From Myxococcota bacterium (GTDB lineage Bacteria > Myxococcota_A > UBA9160 > UBA6930): a stretch of 64,000 nucleotides of DNA. The stretch covers positions 4,992,001-5,056,000 of the forward strand of contig OZ245002.1 in NCBI GenBank assembly GCA_965223415.1, read 5' to 3'. Shown here one piece after another: positions 51,731 to 62,648 of this stretch. The translations under genes were made by a program, and so were the position numbers. Each line of letters begins with the position of its first letter. Within the stretch, counting starts at the first letter, position 1. Below the pieces are notes generated by a model. That model was not told the origin of the DNA. It made no database searches and saw only the letters and a program-made list of their open reading frames with translations.

Positions 51731-52866
51731 GGCGCGACCTTCCGCGCCCGGGCCACCAGCTCGGGTAGCAGGACCAGGACGCGATCGATCTGCGCCTCGT
51801 CGTTGCCGAGGCCGGTGGAGAAGCGCAGCGCCCCTCGCGCCTCCTCGGGCGTGCGGCCGAGGGCGCTCAGCACGTGAGAGGGCTCGATGGAGCCGGAGGC
51901 ACAGGCCGCGCCCGCGGAGACGGCGACGCCCTCGCCGTCCAGCATCTCGAGCAGCAGGTCGCCGGCGGCGCCCTCGAACTCGACGTTCAGCGTGTTCGGC
52001 AGCACGTGCTCGGCGGAGCCGTTGCGCCGCACCCGCGGCACCTTCTCCAGGATGCCCTCCCAGAGGCGATCGCGCAGACGCGCCGCCTCCGCCGCCCGCC
52101 CGGCGAGCTCGGCTCCGGCGAGCGCTGCGGCCCGGCCGAGCCCGACGATGCCCGAGGTGTTCTCGGTGCCGCCGCGCCGCCGCCGCTCCTGGGGACCGCC
52201 GCGGATCCACGGCACGAGGGGCACCTCGGGCCGTGCCCACAGGAAGCCCGCCCCCTTCGGGCCGTAGAGCTTGTGGGCGGATCCGCTGAGGCTGTCGGCG
52301 CCCAGCGCCTCCACGTCCACCGGGATCTTGCCCAGGGCCTGGGTGGCGTCGACGTGGAGATGGGCGCCGACCCGATGGACGACCTGCGCCACGGCCGGGA
52401 CGTCCTGGATCACGCCGATCTCGTTGTTGGCCAGGATCACGGCCACGAGTGCGGTGCGGTCGTCGACGGCCCGTCCCAGGGCGGCGAGATCGAGACGCCC
52501 CACCCCGTCGACAGGCACCTGCACCGCCTCGTGGCGGCTCTCGCCGAGAAAGGCCAGGGGCTCGTCCACCGAGGGATGCTCGATCGTGGTCGAGACCAGC
52601 CGGGGCCGGGCGCTCCCGGCGCACACCGAGTGGATGGCGGTGTTGTTGCCCTCGGTGGCGCTGCCCGTGAACACGACGTCCGCCGCAGCGGCTCCGATCA
52701 GCGCCGCCACCGCGTCCCGGGCCTCGTCGAGGCCGCGCCGGGCCCGTGCGCCCTCGGCGTGGGTGCTCGACGGGTTGCCCCAGTCTTCCCGCAGCATCGC
52801 CTCCATCGCCGCGGCGACCTCGGGATGGACCGGGGTGGTGGCATTGTGGTCGAGGTAGATCCTCAC
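51727..52866 (-). CDS. cysteine desulfurase (IscS/NifS family)
   Basis: YLDHNATT, SAHKLYGPKG, SAGAACASG. Confidence 0.93.
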   Translation of the reverse strand: MRIYLDHNATTPVHPEVAAAMEAMLREDWGNPSSTHAEGARARRGLDEARDAVAALIGAAAADVVFTGSATEGNNTAIHSVCAGSARPRLVSTTIEHPSVDEPLAFLGESRHEAVQVPVDGVGRLDLAALGRAVDDRTALVAVILANNEIGVIQDVPAVAQVVHRVGAHLHVDATQALGKIPVDVEALGADSLSGSAHKLYGPKGAGFLWARPEVPLVPWIRGGPQERRRRGGTENTSGIVGLGRAAALAGAELAGRAAEAARLRDRLWEGILEKVPRVRRNGSAEHVLPNTLNVEFEGAAGDLLLEMLDGEGVAVSAGAACASGSIEPSHVLSALGRTPEEARGALRFSTGLGNDEAQIDRVLVLLPELVARARKVAP

Positions 52867-52900
52867 GGGGGAGGAGAGTCCTGTTCGTCGCGAGCCGTCC

Positions 52901-54256
52901 TCACGCCTCGGAAGCTAGCTGAGTGGGCTCTCCGGGGGCCGCGGGGCCGCGCAGCTCGAGCACCAGGTCGCGCAGGGTGCGGCGCTCGGCGGCGGGCGCG
53001 GCGGCGCTGTCGACCTCGTCCAGCACCTCGTTCACCTCGCGGGCCACGTCGGGATCGCCGAGGGTCGCGTGCCGCGCGCCCTGCAGGGCCGACAGTACGT
53101 CGGCCACCCGCACCAGCTCGGCGGGACGGCCCAGCTGGTGCGCGCCCTGGTGCTCGCCGCCGCAGGGGGTCACGATACCCGCGGCCTCGAGCTCCCCGAG
53201 GAGCTCCCGCACCGTGCGCAAGGGCACGTCGAGGGCGTCGGAGAGCCTGTCCGCCGTCCACGGCTCGCTGCCGTCTTCGAAGGCCCGGGCGCACTGCACG
53301 GCGATGGCCAGGCCGATGGTCTCGCGCGCGGCGGGACGCGGCGCTTCGCCGCGCACCTCGCGCCGGTAGAGGTTCAAGGTCTGGTGGGCGTAGGCCACCT
53401 CGGCGCCGAACAGCACCACGTTCCAGGACCAGTAGACCCAGATCAGGAAGAGCGCGACGCCGGCCAGGGCGCCGAAGGCAGCGCCGTAGCGGGAGGAGCC
53501 CCGGATCGTGGCCACGAAGGCCATCTGGGCGATGCCGAACAGGAAGGCCGCCACCGTCCCGCCCAGCAGTGCCGAGCGGGGACGCACCTTGGTGTTGGGC
53601 AGGAACCAGTAGAGGAAGGCGAAGGCCATCAGCGAGAGCAGCAGCGGCGCGTACTCGATCCCCGAGGCGAGCAGCGACTCGACGCCGGGGAGCTCCCGGG
53701 CGCGCCGCACGAGCCACTGGCTCTCGATGGTGGTGCGCAGCGGGATGGCGATGCCCATCAGGAGCGGGGCCACGAAGATCACGGCCATGTAGTCCGGGAT
53801 GCGGCGCACCCAGGGCCGTTGCTCCTGCACCCCCCAGATCGCGTTGAGGCCCTTCTCGACGCCGCCGATCTGCAGGATGGTCGTGAAGATCACGACCCCG
53901 CCGGACAGCCCGCCGAGGGCGCCGAAGTTGAACTTGCCCACCTGGTCGAGCAGGAACTCCTGGGCCTCCGGCGTCACCGCCGCGAACTGGCCCAGGAGCT
54001 GCTTCACCACGTCCTCGCCGCCCCCGATCAGGTCGACGAGGGCCACGGCGATGGCGAGCAGCGGAATGATCGAGATCACCGTGAGGAAGGTGAGGTGATA
54101 GGCGCGCAGGGTGAGCTGGTCCTTGGCGAAGCCCTCGGCGATCAGGAAGCCCAGCTGGACGGCGGAGCGCAGCCATTCGAGGGGCGCCGGCAGGGGCTCG
54201 CGGCTCCACAGGTCGTCGCGGAGGAAGGTGCGCGCGCGTTCGAGCAGGTTGGCCAC
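52901..54256 (-). CDS. YihY/BrkB family membrane protein with C-terminal HTH
   Basis: Multiple TM segments, LNAIW, YWFLPN, YGAAFG, FGAE; Rrf2-like winged HTH tail. Confidence 0.85.
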   Translation of the reverse strand: MANLLERARTFLRDDLWSREPLPAPLEWLRSAVQLGFLIAEGFAKDQLTLRAYHLTFLTVISIIPLLAIAVALVDLIGGGEDVVKQLLGQFAAVTPEAQEFLLDQVGKFNFGALGGLSGGVVIFTTILQIGGVEKGLNAIWGVQEQRPWVRRIPDYMAVIFVAPLLMGIAIPLRTTIESQWLVRRARELPGVESLLASGIEYAPLLLSLMAFAFLYWFLPNTKVRPRSALLGGTVAAFLFGIAQMAFVATIRGSSRYGAAFGALAGVALFLIWVYWSWNVVLFGAEVAYAHQTLNLYRREVRGEAPRPAARETIGLAIAVQCARAFEDGSEPWTADRLSDALDVPLRTVRELLGELEAAGIVTPCGGEHQGAHQLGRPAELVRVADVLSALQGARHATLGDPDVAREVNEVLDEVDSAAAPAAERRTLRDLVLELRGPAAPGEPTQLASEA

Positions 54257-54267
54257 CGCGGGGAAAG

Positions 54268-54658
54268 CTAGCCCCTGGCCTCGCTAGGGCACGCGACGGG
54301 CGGGGGATCGAAGGAGAGCCAGCTTCGCAGCCGGGCGACCGTCTTGGGACCGAGGCCGTGGGCCCGCATCAGGTCCGCGGCTTCGCAGAAGGGGCGCGCC
54401 TCGCGCGCCGCTACGATCGCCGCCGCGCGCGCCGGTCCGATACCCGGCAGAACGGTCAGGTCTTCGGCGGAGGCGCGATTCGGATCGAGCGCTTCGCCGA
54501 AGAGGAGCCGCCCGACCGTCGCGGGAGGGCCCTGGGGCCCCTCCGCCCAGGCCGGCGCCCCGGAGCGGGAGGCCGCCCGGGCGAGGGGCACGACCACGAG
54601 CCCCAGCGCGATCGCCAGGGCCGCGATGTCACGCCTCGGCCGCAGCGAAGGCCCTACC

Positions 54659-54672
<14 letters not shown>
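54268..54672 (-). CDS. ComEA-like helix-hairpin-helix protein
   Basis: [18 protein letters not shown]...GLGPKT. Confidence 0.8.
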
Positions 54673-55900
<1,228 letters not shown>

Positions 55901-55922
55901 GCCGCACCCCCGGTTCGAACGG

Positions 55923-56405
55923 TCAGGGACACGCCGCGCTCCAGGCTTCGAGGGCCGCGGCGGCGCCGGGGCCGCCCGCCGTGGCCCAGACTTCACGCTC
56001 GTCGACGGCCGCCCCGGCGCGGAGCTCCACCTCGAGGCGATCCGCCGGCAGCGCCTCCGGAAAGCGATCCGCCCACTCCACGATCAGGCCGGTGTCCGGC
56101 GCCAGCCAGTCGCGGAGGCCGGCGCCCTCGAGCTCGGCCTCGTGCTCGACCCGGTACCAGTCGGCGTGGACGACGCGGGTGCCGGCCGCGCTCTCGTACT
56201 CGTTGGCGATCACGAAGGTCGGGCTCGAGACGCGAGACGGATCGATCCCGAGGCCTTCCGCCAGCCCCTTCGCGAAGAGCGTCTTGCCCGCGCCGAGCGG
56301 TCCGTTCAAGCTCACGACCCATCCTCCGCCGGCGTCGAGCGCGGCGGCCAGTGCGCGACCCAACGCGCGTGTCTCAGCGGGACTCCGGGAAGTCCAGCAC
56401 GTCAC
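55923..56405 (-). CDS. tsaE: t6A biosynthesis ATPase TsaE
   Basis: [22 protein letters not shown]. Start approximate. Confidence 0.92.
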   Translation of the reverse strand: MTCWTSRSPAETRALGRALAAALDAGGGWVVSLNGPLGAGKTLFAKGLAEGLGIDPSRVSSPTFVIANEYESAAGTRVVHADWYRVEHEAELEGAGLRDWLAPDTGLIVEWADRFPEALPADRLEVELRAGAAVDEREVWATAGGPGAAAALEAWSAACP

Positions 56406-57960
56406 CCGCCGGCTCCCCGTGCGATGCCGCTTCGCGGTAGGTGGCGAGGACGCCGGGCAGGAGCTCCGGAAGGTCCGCCGCCAGCAGGCCCGCCTCTCCG
56501 CGCTGGGCGGCGAACCGGTCGCCGGCCGCCCCGTGGAGCGCGGCCCCGGCGTGGGCGGCCTCGAAGGGCGGCACACCCTGAACGAGGAGCCCACCGATCA
56601 CGCCGGCCAGCACGTCACCGGTGCCGCCGCTGCCGAGCACCGGACCTCCCGTGGGATTCACCGCCAAGCGTCCCGTCGCCTCCGCCGTCACCGTCCCCGC
56701 TCCCTTCAGCACCACCACGGCGCCGCTCTCCCGGGCCAACGCACGGGCCGCTGCGGGCCGGTCGGCTGTGATCTCGGCGGTCGTCTGGGCCAGGAGCGTC
56801 GCCGCCTCTCCTGGGTGGGGCGTCACGATAGTGGGCGCCCGGCGCGCCTTCAACACACCGAGGGCCTCGCGGAAGGCGAGCAGACCATCCGCGTCGAGAA
56901 CGAGGGGCACGCTCAGGCGCTCGGCCAGCCGGCGCACGAGGGCCAGGGTCTCGCCGGCGCGCCCGATGCCCGGGCCGAGCACGACCGCGTCCCGGCCGGC
57001 GGCCAGCTCGAGGATGGCCTTCTCGGCCTCGAGGGCGAAGGCGTGCTCGGAGGTCTCGGCGACGGGCGCCGTCATCGCCTCGGTGCACTTCACCTCGAGC
57101 ACCGGGTTGGTGCCGGCGGGGCAGGCGACGGTCACAAGGCCGGCGCCCACCCGTCCGGCGCCGTGGGCGGCCAGGGCGGCGGCGCCGGTCATCCCTTCGG
57201 AGCCGGCGGCGACCAGCAGGTGGCCGAAGGTGCCCTTGTGCCCGTGACGCGGACGCGCGGGCAGGAGGGCGCCGACGGCGCGTCGGGTCCACGTCTCGGC
57301 CTGGGGCGCCAGGCCGGGCGCCTCGTCGAGGATGCCGATGCGCCCCACGCGGATCCGGCCAGCGTGCTGGCGCCCGGGCTCGAGGGCGAGGCCGAGCTTC
57401 GGCAGCCCGAGGGTGAGCGTGACGTCGGCCTGCACGGCGACGCCCAGCACCTGGCCGGTGTCGGCGTCGAGGCCCGAAGGCAGGTCGACGGCCAGCACCG
57501 GGACGCCGGCGGGCCGCTGCCCGAGCTTCCGGATCCAGCGGGCCGGCTCGCCCTCGACCGGCCGGCCGAGGCCGGTCCCGAACAGCGCGTCCACGACAAC
57601 GTCGCCTGGCTGCGGGCGCAGGCGGGCGTTCACCGGCACGCCGATGCGCTCGGCACGGGACGCGTTGGCCGCGGCGTCGCCGCGCAGCCGCTCCGCCGGC
57701 ACGGCGGAGACGACCTGCACCGCCACCCCGCGCGCATGGAGATGGCGTCCCGCCACCCAGCCGTCGCCGCCGTTGTTCCCCGCACCACACAGGATCCACA
57801 CCTGCCCGCCGGCCGCGAGCAGCGCCTCGGCCTCCCGCGCCACCAGCTGCCCCGCGCACTCCATCAACAGCTCGCCAGGCACGCCGCGCTCCTCGATCGT
57901 GTGCCGATCGAGCCCCCGCATCTCCTCCGCCGTGACCAGCGGCCAGCGCTCGAACCCCAT
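56374..57960 (-). CDS. nnr: bifunctional NAD(P)H-hydrate epimerase/dehydratase
   Basis: GNNGGDG, DALFGTG, HKGTFG, TPHPGEA, GGTGD. Confidence 0.93.
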   Translation of the reverse strand: MGFERWPLVTAEEMRGLDRHTIEERGVPGELLMECAGQLVAREAEALLAAGGQVWILCGAGNNGGDGWVAGRHLHARGVAVQVVSAVPAERLRGDAAANASRAERIGVPVNARLRPQPGDVVVDALFGTGLGRPVEGEPARWIRKLGQRPAGVPVLAVDLPSGLDADTGQVLGVAVQADVTLTLGLPKLGLALEPGRQHAGRIRVGRIGILDEAPGLAPQAETWTRRAVGALLPARPRHGHKGTFGHLLVAAGSEGMTGAAALAAHGAGRVGAGLVTVACPAGTNPVLEVKCTEAMTAPVAETSEHAFALEAEKAILELAAGRDAVVLGPGIGRAGETLALVRRLAERLSVPLVLDADGLLAFREALGVLKARRAPTIVTPHPGEAATLLAQTTAEITADRPAAARALARESGAVVVLKGAGTVTAEATGRLAVNPTGGPVLGSGGTGDVLAGVIGGLLVQGVPPFEAAHAGAALHGAAGDRFAAQRGEAGLLAADLPELLPGVLATYREAASHGEPAGDVLDFPESR

Positions 57961-58050
57961 CCCCGAAGCCTAGCGAGATCCCGACGCAACACCGGGGACG
58001 CTGCTCGGCGCATCACCCGTTTGCGTCGAGGGGCGTTCTCGCCGTCGCGT

Positions 58051-58761
58051 TCAGCGGAGGCGGTCGGTGAGGTCGCGGGTGGCGGTGGGGATGCCGGTGA
58101 GGAGGCTGCGGCCGACCCATTCGCGGCCGACGGCGATCCACTCGCAGACGGGCGCGGCTTCGAGCATGCGGGGGGCGGAGCGGTCGTCGAGGCGGCCGCC
58201 GAGGCCGAGGCGGAGGCCGAGCTTCGCGGCCAGGCGCGCGGCGTCCGAGAGGGCCTGCAGCGAGGGGCCGAGCTCGGATTCGGGCAGGTCGACGAGGGGG
58301 CTCGTGTCGAGCTCCGCGGCCGGAATGTCGGCCTGGCGCGCCGCCTTCACCGCATCCGGGTGCGGCGCGATGCGGGCCATCACGCCGATGCCCGCCTCGC
58401 GGAGTGTGCGCACCACCGGCGACAGCGCGCTGCCCCAGGCCTGGAAGTCGAGGGGACCGGCGGCCCGGCCCGCGGCGCGGGTCTCGGCGGCCAGCAGCAC
58501 ACGCTCCGGCCGCGCCTCGAGGGCGGTCTTCACCAGGGTCGGCATCGGCGCCATCCGCAGCTCGAGCTCCCGACAGGCGCGCCGCACGTCGAGCACGTCG
58601 CTCTCGGTTACCGGACGGAGCTCCTCGAGCAGCCCGACCCGCACCGCGTCGGCGCCACCGAGCTCGGCGAGGGTGGCCGCCGCGCCGAGGGTGGCGGTTC
58701 GCTGCAGCACCTGATCGCGCAGTACGGCGATCGCATCGAGACCCGTCACCAGCTTCCGCAT
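58051..58761 (-). CDS. PdxJ-like protein lacking catalytic residues
   Basis: PdxJ-like length, pattern and position after glmM (LDAIAVLR, AELGGADAV, LREAGIGV, AAKLGL), but the signature His/Glu/Arg/Thr residues are replaced. Confidence 0.75.
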   Translation of the reverse strand: MRKLVTGLDAIAVLRDQVLQRTATLGAAATLAELGGADAVRVGLLEELRPVTESDVLDVRRACRELELRMAPMPTLVKTALEARPERVLLAAETRAAGRAAGPLDFQAWGSALSPVVRTLREAGIGVMARIAPHPDAVKAARQADIPAAELDTSPLVDLPESELGPSLQALSDAARLAAKLGLRLGLGGRLDDRSAPRMLEAAPVCEWIAVGREWVGRSLLTGIPTATRDLTDRLR

Positions 58762-60140
58762 CAAGCGCTCCCTCCGCCGACGGCCCGTTGCAGGGCCTCG
58801 GCTAGATCCTGGGCGTACTCCTCCACCCGGGCTTCGTCCTCGCCCTCGACCATCACCCGGGCCTTCGGCTCGGTGCCGGAGTAGCGGATGAGCACTCGGC
58901 CCGACCCGCCCAGCTCGCCCTCCACCCGGGCCAGCCGCTCGCGAACCGCGGGCAGCTCGTCGATCGGGATCTTCTCGCTCACCTTCACGTTCACCAGCAC
59001 CTGGGGGAAGCGCTCGAAATCGGCCACCAGCTCCGACAGGCGCTTCTGCTGCTTGCACATCACCGCCAGGGCCTGGAGGCCGGTCAGCAGGCCGTCGCCG
59101 GTGGTGTTGTGGTCGAGGAAGACGATGTGGCCGCTCTGCTCGCCGCCGACGTTGTAGCCCCCGTCCCGCATCGCCTCGACGACGTAGCGGTCGCCGACCT
59201 TGGTGCGGACGAGGCCCAGCCCGAGCTTCTCCACCGCCTTCTCGAGGCCGAGGTTGCTCATCACCGTCGCCACCACCGCATCGCCGCGCAGCTTCTCGCG
59301 CTCGAAGAAGTCCTTGGCGAAGAGCGCCAGCAGCGCGTCGCCATCGACCACCTCGCCGCGCTCGTCCACCAGCATCACCCGGTCGGCGTCGCCGTCCACG
59401 GCGATGCCAATGTCCGCCCGCAGCTCCTTCACCCGGGCGGACAGCCGCTCGGGATGCAGCGATCCGGCCTTGTCGTTGATGTTGGTCCCGTTCGGCTCCA
59501 CGCCCAAGGTGAAGAGCTCGGCCCCGAGCTCCTGGAGCATCGTCGGGCCGACCTTGTAGGCGGCGCCGTTGGCGCAATCGAGCACGACCCGCAGCCCTTC
59601 GAGATCCCGGTCGAAGGGAAAGCACTTCTTGAGGAAGACGACGTAACGCCCCTCCGCATCGTCGATTCGCTTGGCCCGACCGATCGAATCCGGCCCCGCC
59701 CGATGGTCCTGGAGCTCGTCGGAGGCGACGAGCTCCTCGATCCGCTTCTCGACCGCGTCCGGCAGCTTGAAGCCGTCATGGGCGAAGAACTTGATGCCGT
59801 TGTCCTGGTAGGGGTTGTGGCTCGCCGAGATCATGGCGCCGGCGTCGCAGCGCATGTCCCGGGTGAGGAAGGCCATCGCCGGCGTGGGCATGGGGCCCAC
59901 CTGGATCACGTGGCCGCCCATCGAGCAGATGCCCGCGGCCAGCGCGTCCTCGAACATGTAGCCGGACAGCCGCGTGTCCTTGCCGATCAGGAAGCGGTGG
60001 AGGCCGTCCCCCTCGCGCCGGAAGACATGGGCGATCGCCTGCCCGAGCTTCAGCGCCACCTCCACGGTCATGGGGAAGACGTTGGCCCGCCCCCGTACTC
60101 CGTCCGTGCCGAACAGCGCTCCGGGCCGCTCGTCGCTCAT
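58761..60140 (-). CDS. glmM: phosphoglucosamine mutase
   Basis: FGTDGVRG, SASHNP, DGDADR, GGEQSGH, RYSGTE. Confidence 0.97.
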   Translation of the reverse strand: MSDERPGALFGTDGVRGRANVFPMTVEVALKLGQAIAHVFRREGDGLHRFLIGKDTRLSGYMFEDALAAGICSMGGHVIQVGPMPTPAMAFLTRDMRCDAGAMISASHNPYQDNGIKFFAHDGFKLPDAVEKRIEELVASDELQDHRAGPDSIGRAKRIDDAEGRYVVFLKKCFPFDRDLEGLRVVLDCANGAAYKVGPTMLQELGAELFTLGVEPNGTNINDKAGSLHPERLSARVKELRADIGIAVDGDADRVMLVDERGEVVDGDALLALFAKDFFEREKLRGDAVVATVMSNLGLEKAVEKLGLGLVRTKVGDRYVVEAMRDGGYNVGGEQSGHIVFLDHNTTGDGLLTGLQALAVMCKQQKRLSELVADFERFPQVLVNVKVSEKIPIDELPAVRERLARVEGELGGSGRVLIRYSGTEPKARVMVEGEDEARVEEYAQDLAEALQRAVGGGSA

Positions 60141-60808
60141 CCCGTCTCCTCCGCTGCCTCGGGTGCGGCGGCCTCGGGCATCACCTGGACGCGCACCGTG
60201 ATGGGCTCGTCGCTCTCGAGCCAGATGTGCCGACCCACCAGGGCGGGCTTCACGCTGCGTTCGACCGGGGCGTCCGCGCCGCTCACGTCGATCGTTTCGG
60301 TCATCACCTCGCCCAACCGAAGGACTTCGCTGCGGGCGCCTGTGATCCAGATCCGGGCCGGCTCCAGCTCGACCCCCTCGATCACGAAGCCCGGGGCCGG
60401 GTCGCCGGCCAGGTCCGGCCGCAGGAGGACCGCTTTCCGGCCGCGCTGGGTGAGAGTGAACTCGATGCCCGCGGGCGACCGGCTCACCACCTGGAGGCCC
60501 CGGGGCAGCTCCAGCTCCTGGGTCTCCACCGCGTGGGCGGTCACCCCCTTCTGCGCGCCGGAGAGGTCCACGCCGTACTCGAGGTCGCCCACCGAGAGCC
60601 TGCGCAGCGCCGCCCGGCTCCCCCGAACCCGCACGTTCACCGTGTCCGTGGTCTGCTGGGTCACGACCAGGTCGTCGGGAACGCCCTCCAGCGCCACCGG
60701 AAGGTCGAATCCCCGCTCGATCGACGAGGTACTGTGGGAGACGCCCCAGAGCAGGAAGGCCGCGATCAGGGCGAGGAGCTTGAAGCCCAGGTTCTTGAAG
60801 GGCCTCAT
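60137..60808 (-). CDS. cdaR: YbbR/CdaR-like protein
   Basis: N-terminal TM KLLALIAAFLLW, YbbR-like beta repeats; located between cdaA and glmM. Confidence 0.85.
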   Translation of the reverse strand: MRPFKNLGFKLLALIAAFLLWGVSHSTSSIERGFDLPVALEGVPDDLVVTQQTTDTVNVRVRGSRAALRRLSVGDLEYGVDLSGAQKGVTAHAVETQELELPRGLQVVSRSPAGIEFTLTQRGRKAVLLRPDLAGDPAPGFVIEGVELEPARIWITGARSEVLRLGEVMTETIDVSGADAPVERSVKPALVGRHIWLESDEPITVRVQVMPEAAAPEAAEETG

Positions 60809-60839
60809 CGGGTCCGCTCGGCGTCGGGATTCAGCGCGT

Positions 60840-61745
60840 TCATCGGGTCTGCACCGCGTCGGGCGAGCTGGGGGGGCCGCCCTCGCCGCCCGTCTCTTCC
60901 ACCGCCTCGGCGGCGATCTCGTCCACGGGCGTCCCGAGGATCGAATCCCGGGAGAAGAGGTCCCGCAGCACGACCCGGAGCTGGGGCGCATCCAGGTTGC
61001 GGGTGATGTTGCCGCCGACCACCACCGAGATCCCGCCGGTCTCCTCGGACACCACGATCACCACCGCATCGGTCTCCTCGGTGATGCCGACGGCCGCCCG
61101 GTGGCGCGTGCCCATACCCTCGGGCAGGTCCCCGCTCAGCGTGAGCGGCAGGATGCACCCGGCGTGGGTGACGCGCCCTTCGGTGACGAGCACGGCGCCG
61201 TCGTGGATCGGCGAGTAGGGCAGGAAGATCGAGGTGAGCAGCTCCTTCGTCACCACACCGTCGATGGCGGTGCCCGCCTCCACCAGGTCGTCGAGGCCGG
61301 TATCGCGCTCGAGCACGATGAGCGCGCCGACCCGCTTCTCGGCCAGGCTCTGGCCCGCCCGCACCACCTCCTCGAGGATCTGCGACTCCTGGCGCTCGCT
61401 GATGCGCGGGAACACACCCCGGCCCATCCGCGCCAACACCCGCCGGATGTCGGCCTGGAACAGCACGATGATGATCAGCACCGCCGAGGCCAGGAAGTTC
61501 TCCAGGATCCAGGACAGGGTGACCAGGTCGAACAGGTCCGAGACCAGCCGCAGCGCGAGCAACGCCAGCAGGCCCAGCAGGATCTGGATGGCCCGGGTGC
61601 CCTTCAAGAGCAGCAGCAGCCAGTAGATTCCGAAGCTCACGACCAGGATGTCGAGGGTGTCGCGCACCGGGTCGTAGGTGGTCGTGAGGAACGACCACAG
61701 CTCGCCCGCCTGGGCCCGGAGCCACTCGAGGAGGAACTCGATCAC
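60840..61745 (-). CDS. cdaA: diadenylate cyclase
   Basis: Three TM segments, HDGA and GTRHRAA motifs. GTGA overlap with folP. Confidence 0.93.
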   Translation of the reverse strand: MIEFLLEWLRAQAGELWSFLTTTYDPVRDTLDILVVSFGIYWLLLLLKGTRAIQILLGLLALLALRLVSDLFDLVTLSWILENFLASAVLIIIVLFQADIRRVLARMGRGVFPRISERQESQILEEVVRAGQSLAEKRVGALIVLERDTGLDDLVEAGTAIDGVVTKELLTSIFLPYSPIHDGAVLVTEGRVTHAGCILPLTLSGDLPEGMGTRHRAAVGITEETDAVVIVVSEETGGISVVVGGNITRNLDAPQLRVVLRDLFSRDSILGTPVDEIAAEAVEETGGEGGPPSSPDAVQTR

Positions 61746-62590
61746 GGGCGGGCTCCGCGGAGGGCGTGGGCCACCTTCACGGCCCGGGCGGTGCCCGCGA
61801 TCTCGTGCACGCGCACGGCGTCGGCGCCGGCGAACACCGCCACGGCACAGGCGGCCTGGGTGGCCGTGTCCCGCTCCGCGGCCGGATCCCCGGTGAGCTG
61901 CCCGAGGAAAGCCTTGCGGGACGGTCCGACCAGGACCGGCCGCCCCACCCGCTTGCGCAGCTCCCCGGTCTGGGCCAGGAGCGCGAGGTTGTGCGGGAGC
62001 TCCTTGCCGAAGCCGATGCCCGGATCCACCGCGATGCGCTCCGGCGCGACGCCCGCCGCTTCGGCCCGCGCGACGGCGGCCCGGAGCTCTTCCGCCACCT
62101 CGGTGAGCACGTCGTCGAAGGCGATCTCCTGCTGCATGGTGGCGGGCTCGCCGCGCAGGTGGCCGAGCACGAGACCGGCGCCCCGGCGCGCGGCCTCCAC
62201 CGCGAGCTCCGGGTCGAAGGCGCCCCCGGACACGTCGTTCACGACCCGGGCTCCGGCCTCGAGGGCCGCGGCTGCCACCTCTGCCTTGCGGGTGTCGATC
62301 GACAGCGGCACGTCCAGGTGCTTGGCGAGGGCCTCGATCAGCGGGCGGGTGCGACGGATCTCTTCGTCGGCGGGAACCGTGCCCGCCCCGGGCCGGGTGG
62401 ACTCGCCGCCCACGTCGATCCAGTGGGCACCGTCGCGCACCATGGCGCGCGCAGCCTCGACGGCCCGGCCCACGTCCGGAGCGCCGCTGCCGCGGACGAA
62501 GCGACCTCCATCCGAGAAGGAATCGGGCGTCGCGTTCAGCACCCCGACGATCGTCACCCGGTCGGGCGGGAAGATCGTCGTCCAGCTCAT
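61742..62590 (-). CDS. folP: dihydropteroate synthase
   Basis: LNATPDSFSDGG, GGESTRPG, DPGIGF, SRK. Confidence 0.95.
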   Translation of the reverse strand: MSWTTIFPPDRVTIVGVLNATPDSFSDGGRFVRGSGAPDVGRAVEAARAMVRDGAHWIDVGGESTRPGAGTVPADEEIRRTRPLIEALAKHLDVPLSIDTRKAEVAAAALEAGARVVNDVSGGAFDPELAVEAARRGAGLVLGHLRGEPATMQQEIAFDDVLTEVAEELRAAVARAEAAGVAPERIAVDPGIGFGKELPHNLALLAQTGELRKRVGRPVLVGPSRKAFLGQLTGDPAAERDTATQAACAVAVFAGADAVRVHEIAGTARAVKVAHALRGARP

Positions 62591-62648
62591 CCGCCAACCT
62601 CTCTGGGGGGAGATTCTCGCTCTGGCACCTCGGACGCCCCGGCTCGCG

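Noticed and set aside
58761..61745. cdaA-cdaR-glmM as a novel c-di-AMP system in a diderm
   Set aside because: This cluster is established, including in deltaproteobacterial lineages.
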